A program made the position numbers and the translations under genes. DNA of 64,000 nucleotides, taken from assembly GCA_964642275.1 (NCBI GenBank), contig CAZXOA010000001.1, positions 12,729-76,728 on the forward strand. Reading direction: 5' to 3'. Position 1 is the stretch's first letter, and the number at the start of each line of letters is the position of its first letter. The stretch comes from an uncultured Candidatus Saccharibacteria bacterium. GTDB taxonomy: Bacteria > Patescibacteriota > Saccharimonadia > Saccharimonadales > JACDBH01. Below are positions 47,379-58,702 of this stretch, piece after piece. The notes beneath the pieces were generated by a model. That model saw nothing but the letters and a program-made list of their open reading frames with translations. It was not told the origin of the DNA and did no database searches.

Positions 47379-48932
47379 ATGGCGGTAAAGGATGTATCAA
47401 TAGCAGATTTGTCGGCGGATATTCGCGCGGCGATTGCAGAGCTGAAAAAGCGGCCGGAGATCGAAGAGACTGGTATCGTTACCCGCGTGGGTGACGGTGT
47501 GGTCTGGATTTATGGCCTGACTACGGTAGGTTATAACGAGATGGTCGAGCTGGAAGCGACCGACGGCAGCAAGCTGATTGCGTTCGCCTTCAACCTTGGC
47601 CAAGAAGAAATCGGGGCCGTGCTGCTGGGCGAGGATACGCTGGTAAAAGCTGGTGCCAAGGCGCACCGTACCGGCAAAGTTGTTGAGGTACCGGTCGGGC
47701 CCGAGCTGATTGGCCGCGTAGTCGACCCAATGGGCCGCCCGCTGGACGGCAAAGGTGCTATTAAGGCTAATGCAACCAGCCCAACAGAGAAGATTGCCCC
47801 AGGTGTGCTTGCCCGCAAATCCGTACACGAGCCGCTGGCAACCGGCATCATCGCCATCGATGCCATGGTGCCAATTGGCCGCGGCCAGCGCGAGCTGATT
47901 ATTGGCGACCGCCAGACTGGTAAAACCGCCATCGCGCTCGATACTATGATCAACCAGCATCGCCAAGGCACTGGTGTCATCAATATATACGTCGCAATTG
48001 GCCAAAAGATGAGCAAGATTGCCCGCCTGGTCGAGCGGCTCAAGCGCGAAGGCGTGATGGAGCAGACCATCGTGGTCGCGACATCCGCTGCCGACCCTGC
48101 TCCGCTGCAGTATCTGGCGCCTTACGCCGGTGCAACTATGGGCGAATACTTCCGTGATAACAAACAGCACGCGTTGATTATCTATGACGATCTTAGCAAG
48201 CACGCAGCGGCTTACCGCCAGATGTCGCTCTTGCTCCGCCGCCCGCCGGGACGCGAGGCGTATCCGGGTGATGTCTTCTATCTGCACAGCCGGCTTCTAG
48301 AGCGCGCTGCCAAGCTCAGCGACGAGCTTGGTGCCGGTAGCTTAACTGCCCTGCCGATTATCGAGACGCAGGCTGGTGATATCTCCGCCTATATTCCAAC
48401 CAACGTGATTTCTATCACCGACGGCCAGATCTTCATGGAAACCAACCTGTTCTACCAAGGTATCCGCCCGGCCGTATCAGTTGGTTTGTCCGTCTCGCGC
48501 GTGGGTGGCTCTGCCCAGACCAAGGCGGTCAAATCGGTTGCCAAATCACTTCGTGTGGATCTGGCGCAGTTCCGCGAACTTGCCTCGTTCAGTCAATTCT
48601 CGACTGACCTTGATGCCGATACCAAGCAGCGTATTGAGCGCGGCACCCGTCTGACCGAACTGCTCAAACAGCCGCAATACAGCCCGTATGCGGTATGGCA
48701 GCAATACGTCATGCTGCTGGCCGCAACCAGCGGTGCGTTTGACGAAGTCGAGGTCAGCAAGATCAAGATAGCCGAGGCTGCCCTGCTGCGCGAATTCAAG
48801 AACAAGCAGGCTAAAGTGCTGGAGCACATCGACGCTGGCAACGAGCCTGACGATAAGGATAAAGAAGCTATCCTGAAACTTGCTAAGCACGTTGCCGAAA
48901 GCTACCACCCAGTAGAGAAAGAGAGTAAGTAG
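47379..48932 (+). CDS. atpA: F0F1 ATP synthase subunit alpha
   Basis: P-loop GDRQTGKTA and the alpha signature. Confidence 0.95.
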   Translation: MAVKDVSIADLSADIRAAIAELKKRPEIEETGIVTRVGDGVVWIYGLTTVGYNEMVELEATDGSKLIAFAFNLGQEEIGAVLLGEDTLVKAGAKAHRTGKVVEVPVGPELIGRVVDPMGRPLDGKGAIKANATSPTEKIAPGVLARKSVHEPLATGIIAIDAMVPIGRGQRELIIGDRQTGKTAIALDTMINQHRQGTGVINIYVAIGQKMSKIARLVERLKREGVMEQTIVVATSAADPAPLQYLAPYAGATMGEYFRDNKQHALIIYDDLSKHAAAYRQMSLLLRRPPGREAYPGDVFYLHSRLLERAAKLSDELGAGSLTALPIIETQAGDISAYIPTNVISITDGQIFMETNLFYQGIRPAVSVGLSVSRVGGSAQTKAVKSVAKSLRVDLAQFRELASFSQFSTDLDADTKQRIERGTRLTELLKQPQYSPYAVWQQYVMLLAATSGAFDEVEVSKIKIAEAALLREFKNKQAKVLEHIDAGNEPDDKDKEAILKLAKHVAESYHPVEKESK

Positions 48933-48936
48933 CGAG

Positions 48937-49209
48937 ATGGAGATGACCCAAGACATCAGTATTACTGCCGAAGATGCTCAGCGCGCTGCGCAGTTGTGGC
49001 CAGCCTATGCTCACACTCCTGAGCATATAGGCGGTTTGTATGCCGGCGCGATTGCGGCCGGCGTACCGCCAGAAGCAGCACCTGGCTTGGTTGCTCGGGC
49101 GGCAGTTGAAACTGCCCCCACTAATATTCGTGCAAAGTGCGGTGACTTTTTAGTCGGTTTTGCTTTTGCCAGCCAAAACTACCATCCAGTCGATAAGGAA
49201 GCTAAGTAA
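48937..49209 (+). CDS. small unknown ORF intercalated between atpA and atpG
   Basis: 90 aa. It starts 5 nt after the atpA stop, and its stop abuts the next ORF's ATG. Confidence 0.35.
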   Translation: MEMTQDISITAEDAQRAAQLWPAYAHTPEHIGGLYAGAIAAGVPPEAAPGLVARAAVETAPTNIRAKCGDFLVGFAFASQNYHPVDKEAK

Positions 49210-49458
49210 ATGCCTTACGAAGATATGCCAACGGGCACGTTTCTAACTGTTGACAAGGTTTCCTTACTTGACATGTCAAAAGCTGCTGCTATTGCAAGAA
49301 TTTCGTTTGCAAGCAGGAACCAAGATGCCTACCAGGTAGTGGTCGGTGACAACCTGGTAGCTTGTATACATATTCACAATGGAATAAGCCCGATAGCACA
49401 AGAGATCCTTGATTCAAAAAATTCAGATGAAGAAGGAGACCGAGCAGCAAATGGCTAG
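49210..49458 (+). CDS. small unknown ORF intercalated between atpA and atpG (second)
   Basis: 82 aa. Its ATG directly follows the previous TAA. It overlaps the atpG start by 8 nt. Confidence 0.35.
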   Translation: MPYEDMPTGTFLTVDKVSLLDMSKAAAIARISFASRNQDAYQVVVGDNLVACIHIHNGISPIAQEILDSKNSDEEGDRAANG

Positions 49459-50316
49459 TACGCAGCAGCTTAAACGGCGCATCGGAACCGTCAAGAACAC
49501 TAAGCAGATTACCAAGGCTATGGAATTAGTAGCTGCTTCGAAGATGCGTAAGGCTACGGAGGCTGCGCATCGCGGTCGTGCCTACCGCGAGGCAGCGCAC
49601 AGTATGTTGGCCCGCTTGTCTACCGTGACCGAGATCACCGAGCACCCGTTGTATACGACTCGTGACATCAAGACTCGTCTGTATGTAGTTATCACTTCCG
49701 ACCGCGGCTTAGCTGGTGCGTACAATGCTAATATCATCAAGCTGTTGACGCGCGCCATCAAAGATGACCGTGCCGAAAAAATTCAGAGCCAGATTATCAT
49801 CGTGGGCAAACGCGGTGCGCAGTTTGTACGCCGGATCGAGGGTATCGACATTATTGCTGCATATGCAGACTTTGGTGATCATCCAACAGCCAATGATATC
49901 CGTCCAATTCTTGATACGGTTATTGAACAGTACCGCACTGAGGCAGTTGACCAAGTCCGTCTGCTGTACACCGAGCACAAATCCAATCTGGTACAGATCG
50001 CGCAGAATCTTGCTGTCCTGCCCGCCTCGTTCGATGCCGAAGCAACCGAGGAACAGGGCCTGGCTGACGTGACATTTGAGCCAAGCGTGCAAGAAGTGCT
50101 TGAGAACGTAACTGAGCGTCTGCTGGAGGTGCAGATCTGGCAAGCCATGCTTGAGTCAATCGCCTCAGAGCAGTCAATGCGCATGCTGAGCATGAAAAAC
50201 GCCACCGACAACGCAGGCGAAATCATCGACGACCTGACGCTCGAATTCAACACGGCCCGCCAGGCTAAAATCACCCAAGAGTTGGCAGAAATCACCGGCG
50301 GCGCGGAGGCAATGAA

Positions 50317-50320
<4 letters not shown>
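49451..50320 (+). CDS. atpG: F0F1 ATP synthase subunit gamma
   Basis: N-terminus MASTQQLKRRIGTVKNTKQITKAMELVAASKMRKA matches the gamma consensus. AAGGAG lies upstream. Confidence 0.85.
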
Positions 50321-51929
<1,609 letters not shown>

Positions 51930-52160
51930 GTGAGGATCCTTGAAGGTATTGGCGAATCAGCCAGTCAATGGCTCGCTAATCCTGATGGTGGGCCTGGCCA
52001 ACTGCGGCTTTTTGCTCCGGAAGGGCTCGGAAAAATCCTGGTTGGCTATATGGATTGTGGGTTTAGCCCAGAAAAAGTGAGAATCATGGTTAGAGACCCT
52101 AATGCCAATGACGTTTTGCATGTAAGACTACCTCATAGTTCGGGGGCAAACTGTGATTAG
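51930..52160 (+). CDS. small unknown ORF intercalated between atpD and atpC
   Basis: 76 aa. GTG start directly after the atpD TAG. It overlaps the atpC GTG start. Confidence 0.35.
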   Translation: MRILEGIGESASQWLANPDGGPGQLRLFAPEGLGKILVGYMDCGFSPEKVRIMVRDPNANDVLHVRLPHSSGANCD

Positions 52161-52581
52161 TTTTCAGCTTGTCAGTCTCGACGGTGTGAAATTCTCTGAG
52201 GAAGTCTATGAGATTATTCTGCCGACAATGGACGGCGAGATCGGCGTGTTGCCCGGCCATATGCCGCTGATTAGTGTGGCGCAGCGCGGTGTGATTTCGG
52301 TGCGCCGCGACAAAGCACACCCGGATGATATGATGGAGCACTTTGCTATCTCTGGTGGCGCAATCGAAGTCACAGGTACTACCCTGCGTGTACTCGTGGA
52401 CGAAGCCGACGCATCCGACGAAATCTCTGAAGAAGAAGCCCGCGAGGCCATGGAGCGCGCTAGGAAGTTGCTTGCCGACGCCAAAGACCAAGTGAGTCTT
52501 GATCAAGCCCAGAGCCTCATAGACCGCTCGGCTGTGCGCCTGCAGGTGGCAGGTCTCAAACGCCGTTCTCGTAGAGGGTAA
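52153..52581 (+). CDS. atpC: F0F1 ATP synthase subunit epsilon
   Basis: N-terminal beta-sandwich signature (LVSLDGVKFSEEVYEIILPTMDGEIGVLPGHMPLIS). Confidence 0.8.
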   Translation: MISFQLVSLDGVKFSEEVYEIILPTMDGEIGVLPGHMPLISVAQRGVISVRRDKAHPDDMMEHFAISGGAIEVTGTTLRVLVDEADASDEISEEEAREAMERARKLLADAKDQVSLDQAQSLIDRSAVRLQVAGLKRRSRRG

Positions 52582-52683
52582 GACACGCTCGCACCGAGGG
52601 TGTTGTAATCTGTTGATAACTATTTGCAATTGTCAGCAAAAACCCTTATCGTAATAACATAAATTAACGGAGGGTTTACCCGT

Positions 52684-53436
52684 ATGACAGTGCGATCAAG
52701 GATCGCGATGTTGGCGGCGGAGTTTTTGGGTACTGCTGTACTCGCGACTGTTGTCATCAACGTTTCACGATCACAAATTGGAATTGGCTATTTTGTAGCT
52801 ATCGGCGCAGGTTTGGCGCTGGCCCTGCTCGTACTTGCCTTTGGCAAGACATCGGGCGCGCATTTTAACCCAGCGGTTACTATTGGTCTTTGGACCTTGC
52901 GCAAAATTCAGACCGTCCAAGCTATTGCCTACATTGCAATGCAAATGCTTGGTGGTTTGGCTGCATGGCAGCTCGCTAACTACTTTGTTGGCAGCGAGAT
53001 CCGCAGCATTGCTGGCGACAGCTTTGAATGGAAGCTGCTCGTTGCGGAAGCGGTTGGTACATTTGTATTTACCTTTGCAATTGCAGCAGCACTTTACCAG
53101 GACCTAAAGACCGGCCAAAAAGCAGCGCTTATTGGCGGTGGTTTGTTCCTTGGTATCGTTGTAGCCGCGATTGCATCTAACGCTGCACTTAACCCAGCGG
53201 TGGCCCTTGCAAACCAGACGTGGGCACGAGCCTACATCTTTGGGCCGATCATCGGTGGTGTTATTGGCTTTAATCTGTATGTTCTGTTGTTTGCCCCGGC
53301 AAGCTCGCTCGTACCGGCTCGTCGTGCCTCGGCTACGACAGTCGTAGAAGCACCAGTCGCTACAAAGACAGCTGCCCGTTCGACTGCAAAGAAGGCTCCG
53401 GCAAAGAAAAAGCCAGCCGCACGTAAGAAGAAATAA
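52684..53436 (+). CDS. MIP-family channel (aquaporin/glycerol facilitator)
   Basis: Two NPA boxes (HFNPAVT; LNPAVA). GGAGGG RBS. Confidence 0.8.
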   Translation: MTVRSRIAMLAAEFLGTAVLATVVINVSRSQIGIGYFVAIGAGLALALLVLAFGKTSGAHFNPAVTIGLWTLRKIQTVQAIAYIAMQMLGGLAAWQLANYFVGSEIRSIAGDSFEWKLLVAEAVGTFVFTFAIAAALYQDLKTGQKAALIGGGLFLGIVVAAIASNAALNPAVALANQTWARAYIFGPIIGGVIGFNLYVLLFAPASSLVPARRASATTVVEAPVATKTAARSTAKKAPAKKKPAARKKK

Positions 53437-53461
53437 TCTTACCTTAAAGATTTGCGATAAA

Positions 53462-53493
53462 CAGCCCCGACTGACGGGGCTGTTTATTATTTG
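53462..53493 (+). terminator. rho-independent terminator after the MIP gene
   Basis: cagccccg-actga-cggggctg stem-loop followed by tttattatttg. Confidence 0.6.
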
Positions 53494-53529
53494 CGCGGAG
53501 TACCCATGCAGACAGTGGTGTAAAAACTT

Positions 53530-55017
53530 TTGTGGGCTATACTGGAGACAGTATCTATGAGCAATACAAATACAGACATGCAAAAGCATTCATCTGAGTC
53601 GGCGCTCCCGGTTGGCGGCAAGAGCATTACGCCAAACTTGCGCGCACTGCGCCTGGCGCTGACAATCAGCGACCAGCTGCTGTCTATGGGCGTGTCGGCT
53701 GCCAGTGTGGTGTCACGGGCTCTTGATATAACCGAAGCGTACTGCAAAGACCCGGTCCATGTAGATATCAATTCGAACGTCATCATGCTCTCGCAGATTC
53801 GGGATCTCAAGAGCGAACCGCTGACGCTAATCCGACCTACCGCTCCGCGGACGGTTAATAGCCGGACCATTCATGCTATACAGGATTTGGTTTATCGTAT
53901 TCGTTCGCGCAAGCTGAGTCTGACTCAGGCAGAAGACGAGCTCGACAAAATACTGACTTCCCCCAAAGAGTACCCGACATGGCTTCGTTCGGCAGCGACA
54001 GCTGGTATTGCCACGGGTGTGAGCCTCATGTTTACTAGCAACTGGCGCGTTATTGTCACTACTTTTTTTGTTGCCTTTATCGTTGAGCGTTTTATGGACC
54101 TGCTTTATAAGAATTCGATGGCTACGTTTTTTCGCCAGGCTGCCGTTGCTGCTTTTGTGACCATCGGCGCGGCACTGATACATATGCTTGCCAGAAACGG
54201 CGTCGATTTTTTTGCCGGTATTGACCCGTCGTACATTGTTGTCGGCGGTATTATTATGCTGCTCTCCGGTCTGGCTATTGTCGGGGCTATTCAGGATGCT
54301 ATTGATGAATATTACGTGACGGCCAATGCGCGTATCCTCAAGGTCCTTATTCTGACCTCGGGCATTGTTGTCGGTGTTTTGATTGGCCTGTATGTTGCGC
54401 AGAAGCTGGGAATAGGCATCACTGTTTCTGCCGATTCGCTTGCCACGGGAGACGTTACCTTCAGGATTATCGGTGCAGGCATTGCCGCCGGCTCGTTTGC
54501 ACTCTCGACGCACACCCGGCTGCGTGCGGTCGTGTGGGCTGGCATGGTGGGATGCACCGCGCTCATCATTATGCTCCTTGCCAGAAACGCGGGCCTCTCG
54601 GCTATTCCTGCCAGTGGTATCGCTGCGCTCTGTGTAGGACTTATTGCTAAAACATTGTCGAGAGTGTGGCACACGTCATCATCTGGTATTGTGGCGGCTG
54701 GTATTATTCCGCTTGTTCCAGGTCTAGCGCTCTATAACGGCCTTATGCAGCTGGTGGATCACCCTACTGGCGACCCGCTGTTCTTTATGGGAATCGGTAC
54801 GCTGTTTACCGCCTTTGCCGTAGCACTGGCGATAGCAGCCGGTGCATCCTTTGGCACAACTCTCTCGCGTCCCTTTAGTCAGAGGCAGGTGCAAAAGCGC
54901 AACACAGGACCCTTCGCTGATTTTATGCGCGAACAGCTTGAGCTTGGAAAAACCCAGGCCGGCACGGTTCTGCGAAAGTCGGCAAAATACCTCAAATCAT
55001 CTTTTGATGATAAATAA
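53530..55017 (+). CDS. ThrE-family threonine/serine exporter (fused DUF1212 and DUF3815 halves)
   Basis: 495-aa polytopic protein with the architecture and size typical of ThrE. Confidence 0.6.
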   Translation: MWAILETVSMSNTNTDMQKHSSESALPVGGKSITPNLRALRLALTISDQLLSMGVSAASVVSRALDITEAYCKDPVHVDINSNVIMLSQIRDLKSEPLTLIRPTAPRTVNSRTIHAIQDLVYRIRSRKLSLTQAEDELDKILTSPKEYPTWLRSAATAGIATGVSLMFTSNWRVIVTTFFVAFIVERFMDLLYKNSMATFFRQAAVAAFVTIGAALIHMLARNGVDFFAGIDPSYIVVGGIIMLLSGLAIVGAIQDAIDEYYVTANARILKVLILTSGIVVGVLIGLYVAQKLGIGITVSADSLATGDVTFRIIGAGIAAGSFALSTHTRLRAVVWAGMVGCTALIIMLLARNAGLSAIPASGIAALCVGLIAKTLSRVWHTSSSGIVAAGIIPLVPGLALYNGLMQLVDHPTGDPLFFMGIGTLFTAFAVALAIAAGASFGTTLSRPFSQRQVQKRNTGPFADFMREQLELGKTQAGTVLRKSAKYLKSSFDDK

Positions 55018-55043
55018 ATGCCTCGGTGGTTTCTCGGATCAGT

Positions 55044-56798
55044 CTAGTTTTGATTGTAGACAGATTGCAAATGCGCCTGCAGCGTATCTGACTTTTCGGC
55101 AGACCAATTGTCTGGCTGAGTGACTGCCGCCCATGCATATACAGCGGTGTCGTCATAGTAATGCCCCCGGCCGATAGGTGCCGACGCGGCTATAGCTTGG
55201 TCTAGACCGATCTGCAAAAAACTGACAATTGGATACCAGCTGGTACGCGGCGATACGTCGGGTGCACGTGTTTCGTCAAGCCAGTCCGGCTTGTTGAACA
55301 GCAAATCGAAATTGAACCATACCACCGGATCAGAACCATGCTGCTGGAATAAAATTCTGGTGTCGCTTTGCCACTGTTGTTCTGCAGCCAGGATGTCATC
55401 TCGTGAGGAAACAAACTGCACGGTTCGGCCGCCGCGGTAGGTCGGCTGCCACTCCGGGCTGCCTGCATCGCGGGCATCGGTTATCTGCCGCCACAGCTCA
55501 GCTGCATTCGGCGTACCGACAAACAGGACACCGTCAACCGACCGGCGCATATCATTAACACCGCTAAAGGCCGACTGCCCGCCGAACGAACCAAGGCTCA
55601 GGCCATATACGATCAATTTTGGGCGCGATTCGCGCGGGAGCTCTGCCCATTCGTCAATCACGGCATCGTACAGCGCCCTGCCAGCCAGGCGGGCGTTTTC
55701 TTGGTCAACGAGGAATGAAATCCAGCTAGGCAGATAGGAGTATTGCTGCGACACAATAGCGGTATTTCCGCCGTGCATGTACTCAACAGCGTCCATGACA
55801 GTCGGATCAAGCCAGCCGGTGCCGGTTGCGGTGGCGAGTACTAGGAGGTCTCGCTCAAAAGCGCCGGTGCGTTTCAGTTCTGCCAGTGCCAGCTCGGCAC
55901 GGGCCTCTGCGCTATCGGCGCTGGCAAGCCCAGCATAGACGCGGATAGGCTCAAGACTTGCCTTTCCGCTAAACGTACTGATATCTTCTGCGGTTGGGCC
56001 GCTGCCCACAAAACCCCTGCCCTGAAAGCCGATGTGTTCCCACGGGATGAGCGATTCCGGACTGCCCGAACGCAGGCTGCTGACTGGTTGCACAACACCT
56101 TCTGGTGCGCGGTCGTCTCGCAGGCTGAAAGCATTGTTCACGAGACTGTACATATTTGACACCAACAGGCCGCTCAGTACCCAGTAGACAAACCAGGCGC
56201 TGACAACGATGGCAATACCCACACCAACCCGTTTTGGCAGGCGCTTGTGCAGGAGTACACTCAGCCGGTGGTTGATTGCCTGGATTCCCTTGCCTATCAG
56301 CAGCAGCGGCACAAAAACCGCCAGCGATACAATCGGCAGTACAATCATGTTCAGGTCGGTAAAGGCTCGTCCGGTATCCAGGATTTCGTGCACTTCATTC
56401 TGCCACATTTTGCCAAGAAACAGGTAGATGATAACCAGCAGCGGCAGCAGTACAATCGCACCCCGCCAAGCCCATTGGCGCACCTGTAGCGAAAACTTAT
56501 ATTCGGTAAACCAGCGGATAAGCGAGCTCAGGCCCACGCCGATTGCGTAGCCGGCAGTCAGTGAAAGCCCGCTGATAACGCTCTGCAGCCACCACGGCCG
56601 GGGCAGCAGCGACGGAAACAAGGATATGCAAAAGAACAGGATACCCAGTACTAATCCGCCGTACACCGGCCGCCATCCCAGAACACGCTCAATAATTCGT
56701 GCTGGCCAAGCCTTGGCCTGTGGCGATTTTTGACGCCTTTTCATATCAGTATCATACCAGAGACAACACTGATTAGAAATGTTGCTTCTTAGGGGCAA
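55044..56798 (-). CDS. membrane-anchored alpha/beta-hydrolase family protein (Abhydrolase_9-like)
   Basis: N-terminal multi-TM region plus a C-terminal hydrolase domain with a GLSLGS nucleophile elbow. Confidence 0.5.
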   Translation of the reverse strand: MPLRSNISNQCCLWYDTDMKRRQKSPQAKAWPARIIERVLGWRPVYGGLVLGILFFCISLFPSLLPRPWWLQSVISGLSLTAGYAIGVGLSSLIRWFTEYKFSLQVRQWAWRGAIVLLPLLVIIYLFLGKMWQNEVHEILDTGRAFTDLNMIVLPIVSLAVFVPLLLIGKGIQAINHRLSVLLHKRLPKRVGVGIAIVVSAWFVYWVLSGLLVSNMYSLVNNAFSLRDDRAPEGVVQPVSSLRSGSPESLIPWEHIGFQGRGFVGSGPTAEDISTFSGKASLEPIRVYAGLASADSAEARAELALAELKRTGAFERDLLVLATATGTGWLDPTVMDAVEYMHGGNTAIVSQQYSYLPSWISFLVDQENARLAGRALYDAVIDEWAELPRESRPKLIVYGLSLGSFGGQSAFSGVNDMRRSVDGVLFVGTPNAAELWRQITDARDAGSPEWQPTYRGGRTVQFVSSRDDILAAEQQWQSDTRILFQQHGSDPVVWFNFDLLFNKPDWLDETRAPDVSPRTSWYPIVSFLQIGLDQAIAASAPIGRGHYYDDTAVYAWAAVTQPDNWSAEKSDTLQAHLQSVYNQN

Positions 56799-56878
56799 AA
56801 AACACCAAATACTTGCTATATATTGACAAGTATGATATAATTATAAGATAGGCTCATATTTAACACCTATCTGTATTC

Positions 56879-57184
56879 ATGTACAAAGATCAGACACCCA
56901 CCCTACCTAATCCTGATTCACGTCCAGAAGATTGGATTGACTATGCAGCGTGTGCTACTGCAGAGTTTTCGTTTGATGGATTTCCGGAGGCAAAGAGTCG
57001 CAAAAGCGCGTTTGGCTATAAGCACGTTGCGACTGCGGCAAGCATCTGTGCGGACTGCGTCGTTTTCAGCCAGTGTTTGGAAGAGCTGCAAGACACCCGT
57101 CGGACCGATCGTAACACTGGCTCAGTCCAAGCCGGTCACTTCGTCGGCAAAAATGGCGGGTTATTCAATCTCTTAGACCAATAG
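56879..57184 (+). CDS. WhiB-like (Wbl) Fe-S transcription factor
   Basis: W-x3-AAC...FFP-like N-terminal motif (WIDYAACATAEFSFDGFPE) and the Cys pattern C-x30-C-x2-C-x5-C (ICADCVVFSQC). Confidence 0.6.
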   Translation: MYKDQTPTLPNPDSRPEDWIDYAACATAEFSFDGFPEAKSRKSAFGYKHVATAASICADCVVFSQCLEELQDTRRTDRNTGSVQAGHFVGKNGGLFNLLDQ

Positions 57185-57216
57185 TTTGTCCCCATTAATT
57201 TACCGCAAGAAGCCAG

Positions 57217-57351
57217 CTACTGGCCGCGCGTAATCTGCTCGATAATAATCACCTGCTCATCTATAGCTTGTTTTTCGGCCGGCGTGAGCGGCCGTTCGGG
57301 CTTTGGCCGGAATAACTTTTTCAGTGCGCTTAATAATTTAGACATAGTCAT
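57217..57351 (-). CDS. 44-aa peptide ORF directly downstream of the GIY-YIG gene
   Basis: Reads MTMSKLLSALKKLFRPKPERPLTPAEKQAIDEQVIIIEQITRGQ. It starts 13 nt after the GIY-YIG stop. Not in the supplied ORF track (<60 aa). Confidence 0.25.
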   Translation of the reverse strand: MTMSKLLSALKKLFRPKPERPLTPAEKQAIDEQVIIIEQITRGQ

Positions 57352-57363
57352 TACAAAACTTAT

Positions 57364-57651
57364 CTAGTGGCCGCCTTCTACGATATACCCCAGGTCCTTT
57401 AGCTTTACCGCATGTCTATACTCCATATCTAGCGCCTCTTGCCTGGTTTTCAGGTGTGGAATATGTTCGTACAAATCAGGACGGAGCTCAAGTTGCATTG
57501 CGCTGCGCAGACAGGGTGCGGAGTGCGTGCCTTCTTTGTGTTGCTTTAGCCTCTCCTCTGGTTTTAGGTAGGTCTGACCGACATATACATTGTATGGATC
57601 GCCGTCTATCTCTAGAACATAAATACAGTATGTGTATTTTTTGTTTGCCAT
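57364..57651 (-). CDS. stand-alone GIY-YIG nuclease domain protein (95 aa)
   Basis: GIY-YIG motifs: YCIYVLE ... YVGQT ... R (RLKQH) ... E (EALDME). Its start is coupled to the upstream gene's stop, 1 nt apart. Confidence 0.6.
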   Translation of the reverse strand: MANKKYTYCIYVLEIDGDPYNVYVGQTYLKPEERLKQHKEGTHSAPCLRSAMQLELRPDLYEHIPHLKTRQEALDMEYRHAVKLKDLGYIVEGGH

Positions 57652-57652
57652 A

Positions 57653-58636
57653 CTATTCCGTCACCAGTTCAGGATTGAATAATTGGACCGTATGATCCCT
57701 TGGTGTTATGTCGCCAATAGTGGTAAGCTTGGTTATCTCAAGTTTTGGCTTCTTAAGCTCATCATCAGCATCTAGCTTCTTCTGTGTACGGATAATCGTA
57801 GCTTCTATTTCAATCTCTTTGTCAAACAGTGAATCCTTTATATCGCGTATCTCTTTGCTCTTGAGCGTGGATGTCAAAATATGACCACCATACACGAACC
57901 CCAGTGTCCCGGTATTGGTGTTTGCACGTGATAAAGTACCTTTTAATTTCAGATTTTCGCCATGCTGCCACTCTGGGAACACGACCCCGTCATCATCAGC
58001 ATTGTTGCTGCCAAAATAGGGTTTACTATCGGCATCGATTCTAACTATAGTGTCTGACTGTGTTGTCTCGCCGGCCTCACCTATAAAAAGTTGCGTGTCG
58101 TTATCCACGACGCTTGTTATCTTCTTGAATATGTCCTTAGGAGCTTTAGCGTAAGTCTCAAGTTCATCCTTAGTAACGGTCAGCTCTTCTCCAGAAGGGT
58201 TTATTATTACAATGTTGTCAGCGCCAGTTATCTTGGTTTCTTCTGGATGAAATTGGTGTTTGCCCATCACGCCCATATGCTTGGCGATTCTGGCGGTCGA
58301 CTTTATCTTCTTTACCGCTTTATCAAGGATCTCCTTTGATGTTTTATCTCCAACGTCATTCTTGGCCATTTGTGTTCCTGCTGAAATCGCGTAGGCGGCA
58401 AGCCCACCTCCAATCACAACGCTTACCAGCCAAGCTATTAGTGAGCCTGATTCTAGTCGTATCTCGATATCATAATTATCTTTTAACTCTGGGTGCTCTG
58501 AGTTGATAAAATACTTGGTTGTTTTTTCGATGCCAGACAGAATATTATGCACGTCAGTCAGTGTTATTTTGCCGTCCTCAACACGCTTGCCTTCAAGTTT
58601 AATAAAGTTCAGGTTGTCATTTTCGGCTTCACCCAT
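57653..58636 (-). CDS. hypothetical single-pass membrane protein (327 aa) with its own promoter
   Basis: TM helix LIAWLVSVVIGGGLAAYAISAG. No recognisable domain. AT-rich. Leaderless consensus promoter at 58643-58671. Confidence 0.4.
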   Translation of the reverse strand: MGEAENDNLNFIKLEGKRVEDGKITLTDVHNILSGIEKTTKYFINSEHPELKDNYDIEIRLESGSLIAWLVSVVIGGGLAAYAISAGTQMAKNDVGDKTSKEILDKAVKKIKSTARIAKHMGVMGKHQFHPEETKITGADNIVIINPSGEELTVTKDELETYAKAPKDIFKKITSVVDNDTQLFIGEAGETTQSDTIVRIDADSKPYFGSNNADDDGVVFPEWQHGENLKLKGTLSRANTNTGTLGFVYGGHILTSTLKSKEIRDIKDSLFDKEIEIEATIIRTQKKLDADDELKKPKLEITKLTTIGDITPRDHTVQLFNPELVTE

Positions 58637-58642
58637 GTTGAC

Positions 58643-58671
58643 AGTTTAACAATAACCAATCCTACTTGCAA
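58643..58671 (-). promoter_or_regulatory. consensus promoter TTGCAA-17-TAAACT on the minus strand for the 327-aa gene, implying a leaderless transcript
   Basis: Minus strand reads ttgcaa-gtaggattggttattgt-taaact-gtcaac-ATG, so the ATG lies at the predicted TSS. Confidence 0.4.
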
Positions 58672-58702
58672 TCCGGCCAATAGTATTGTATTAACGTAAG
58701 CG

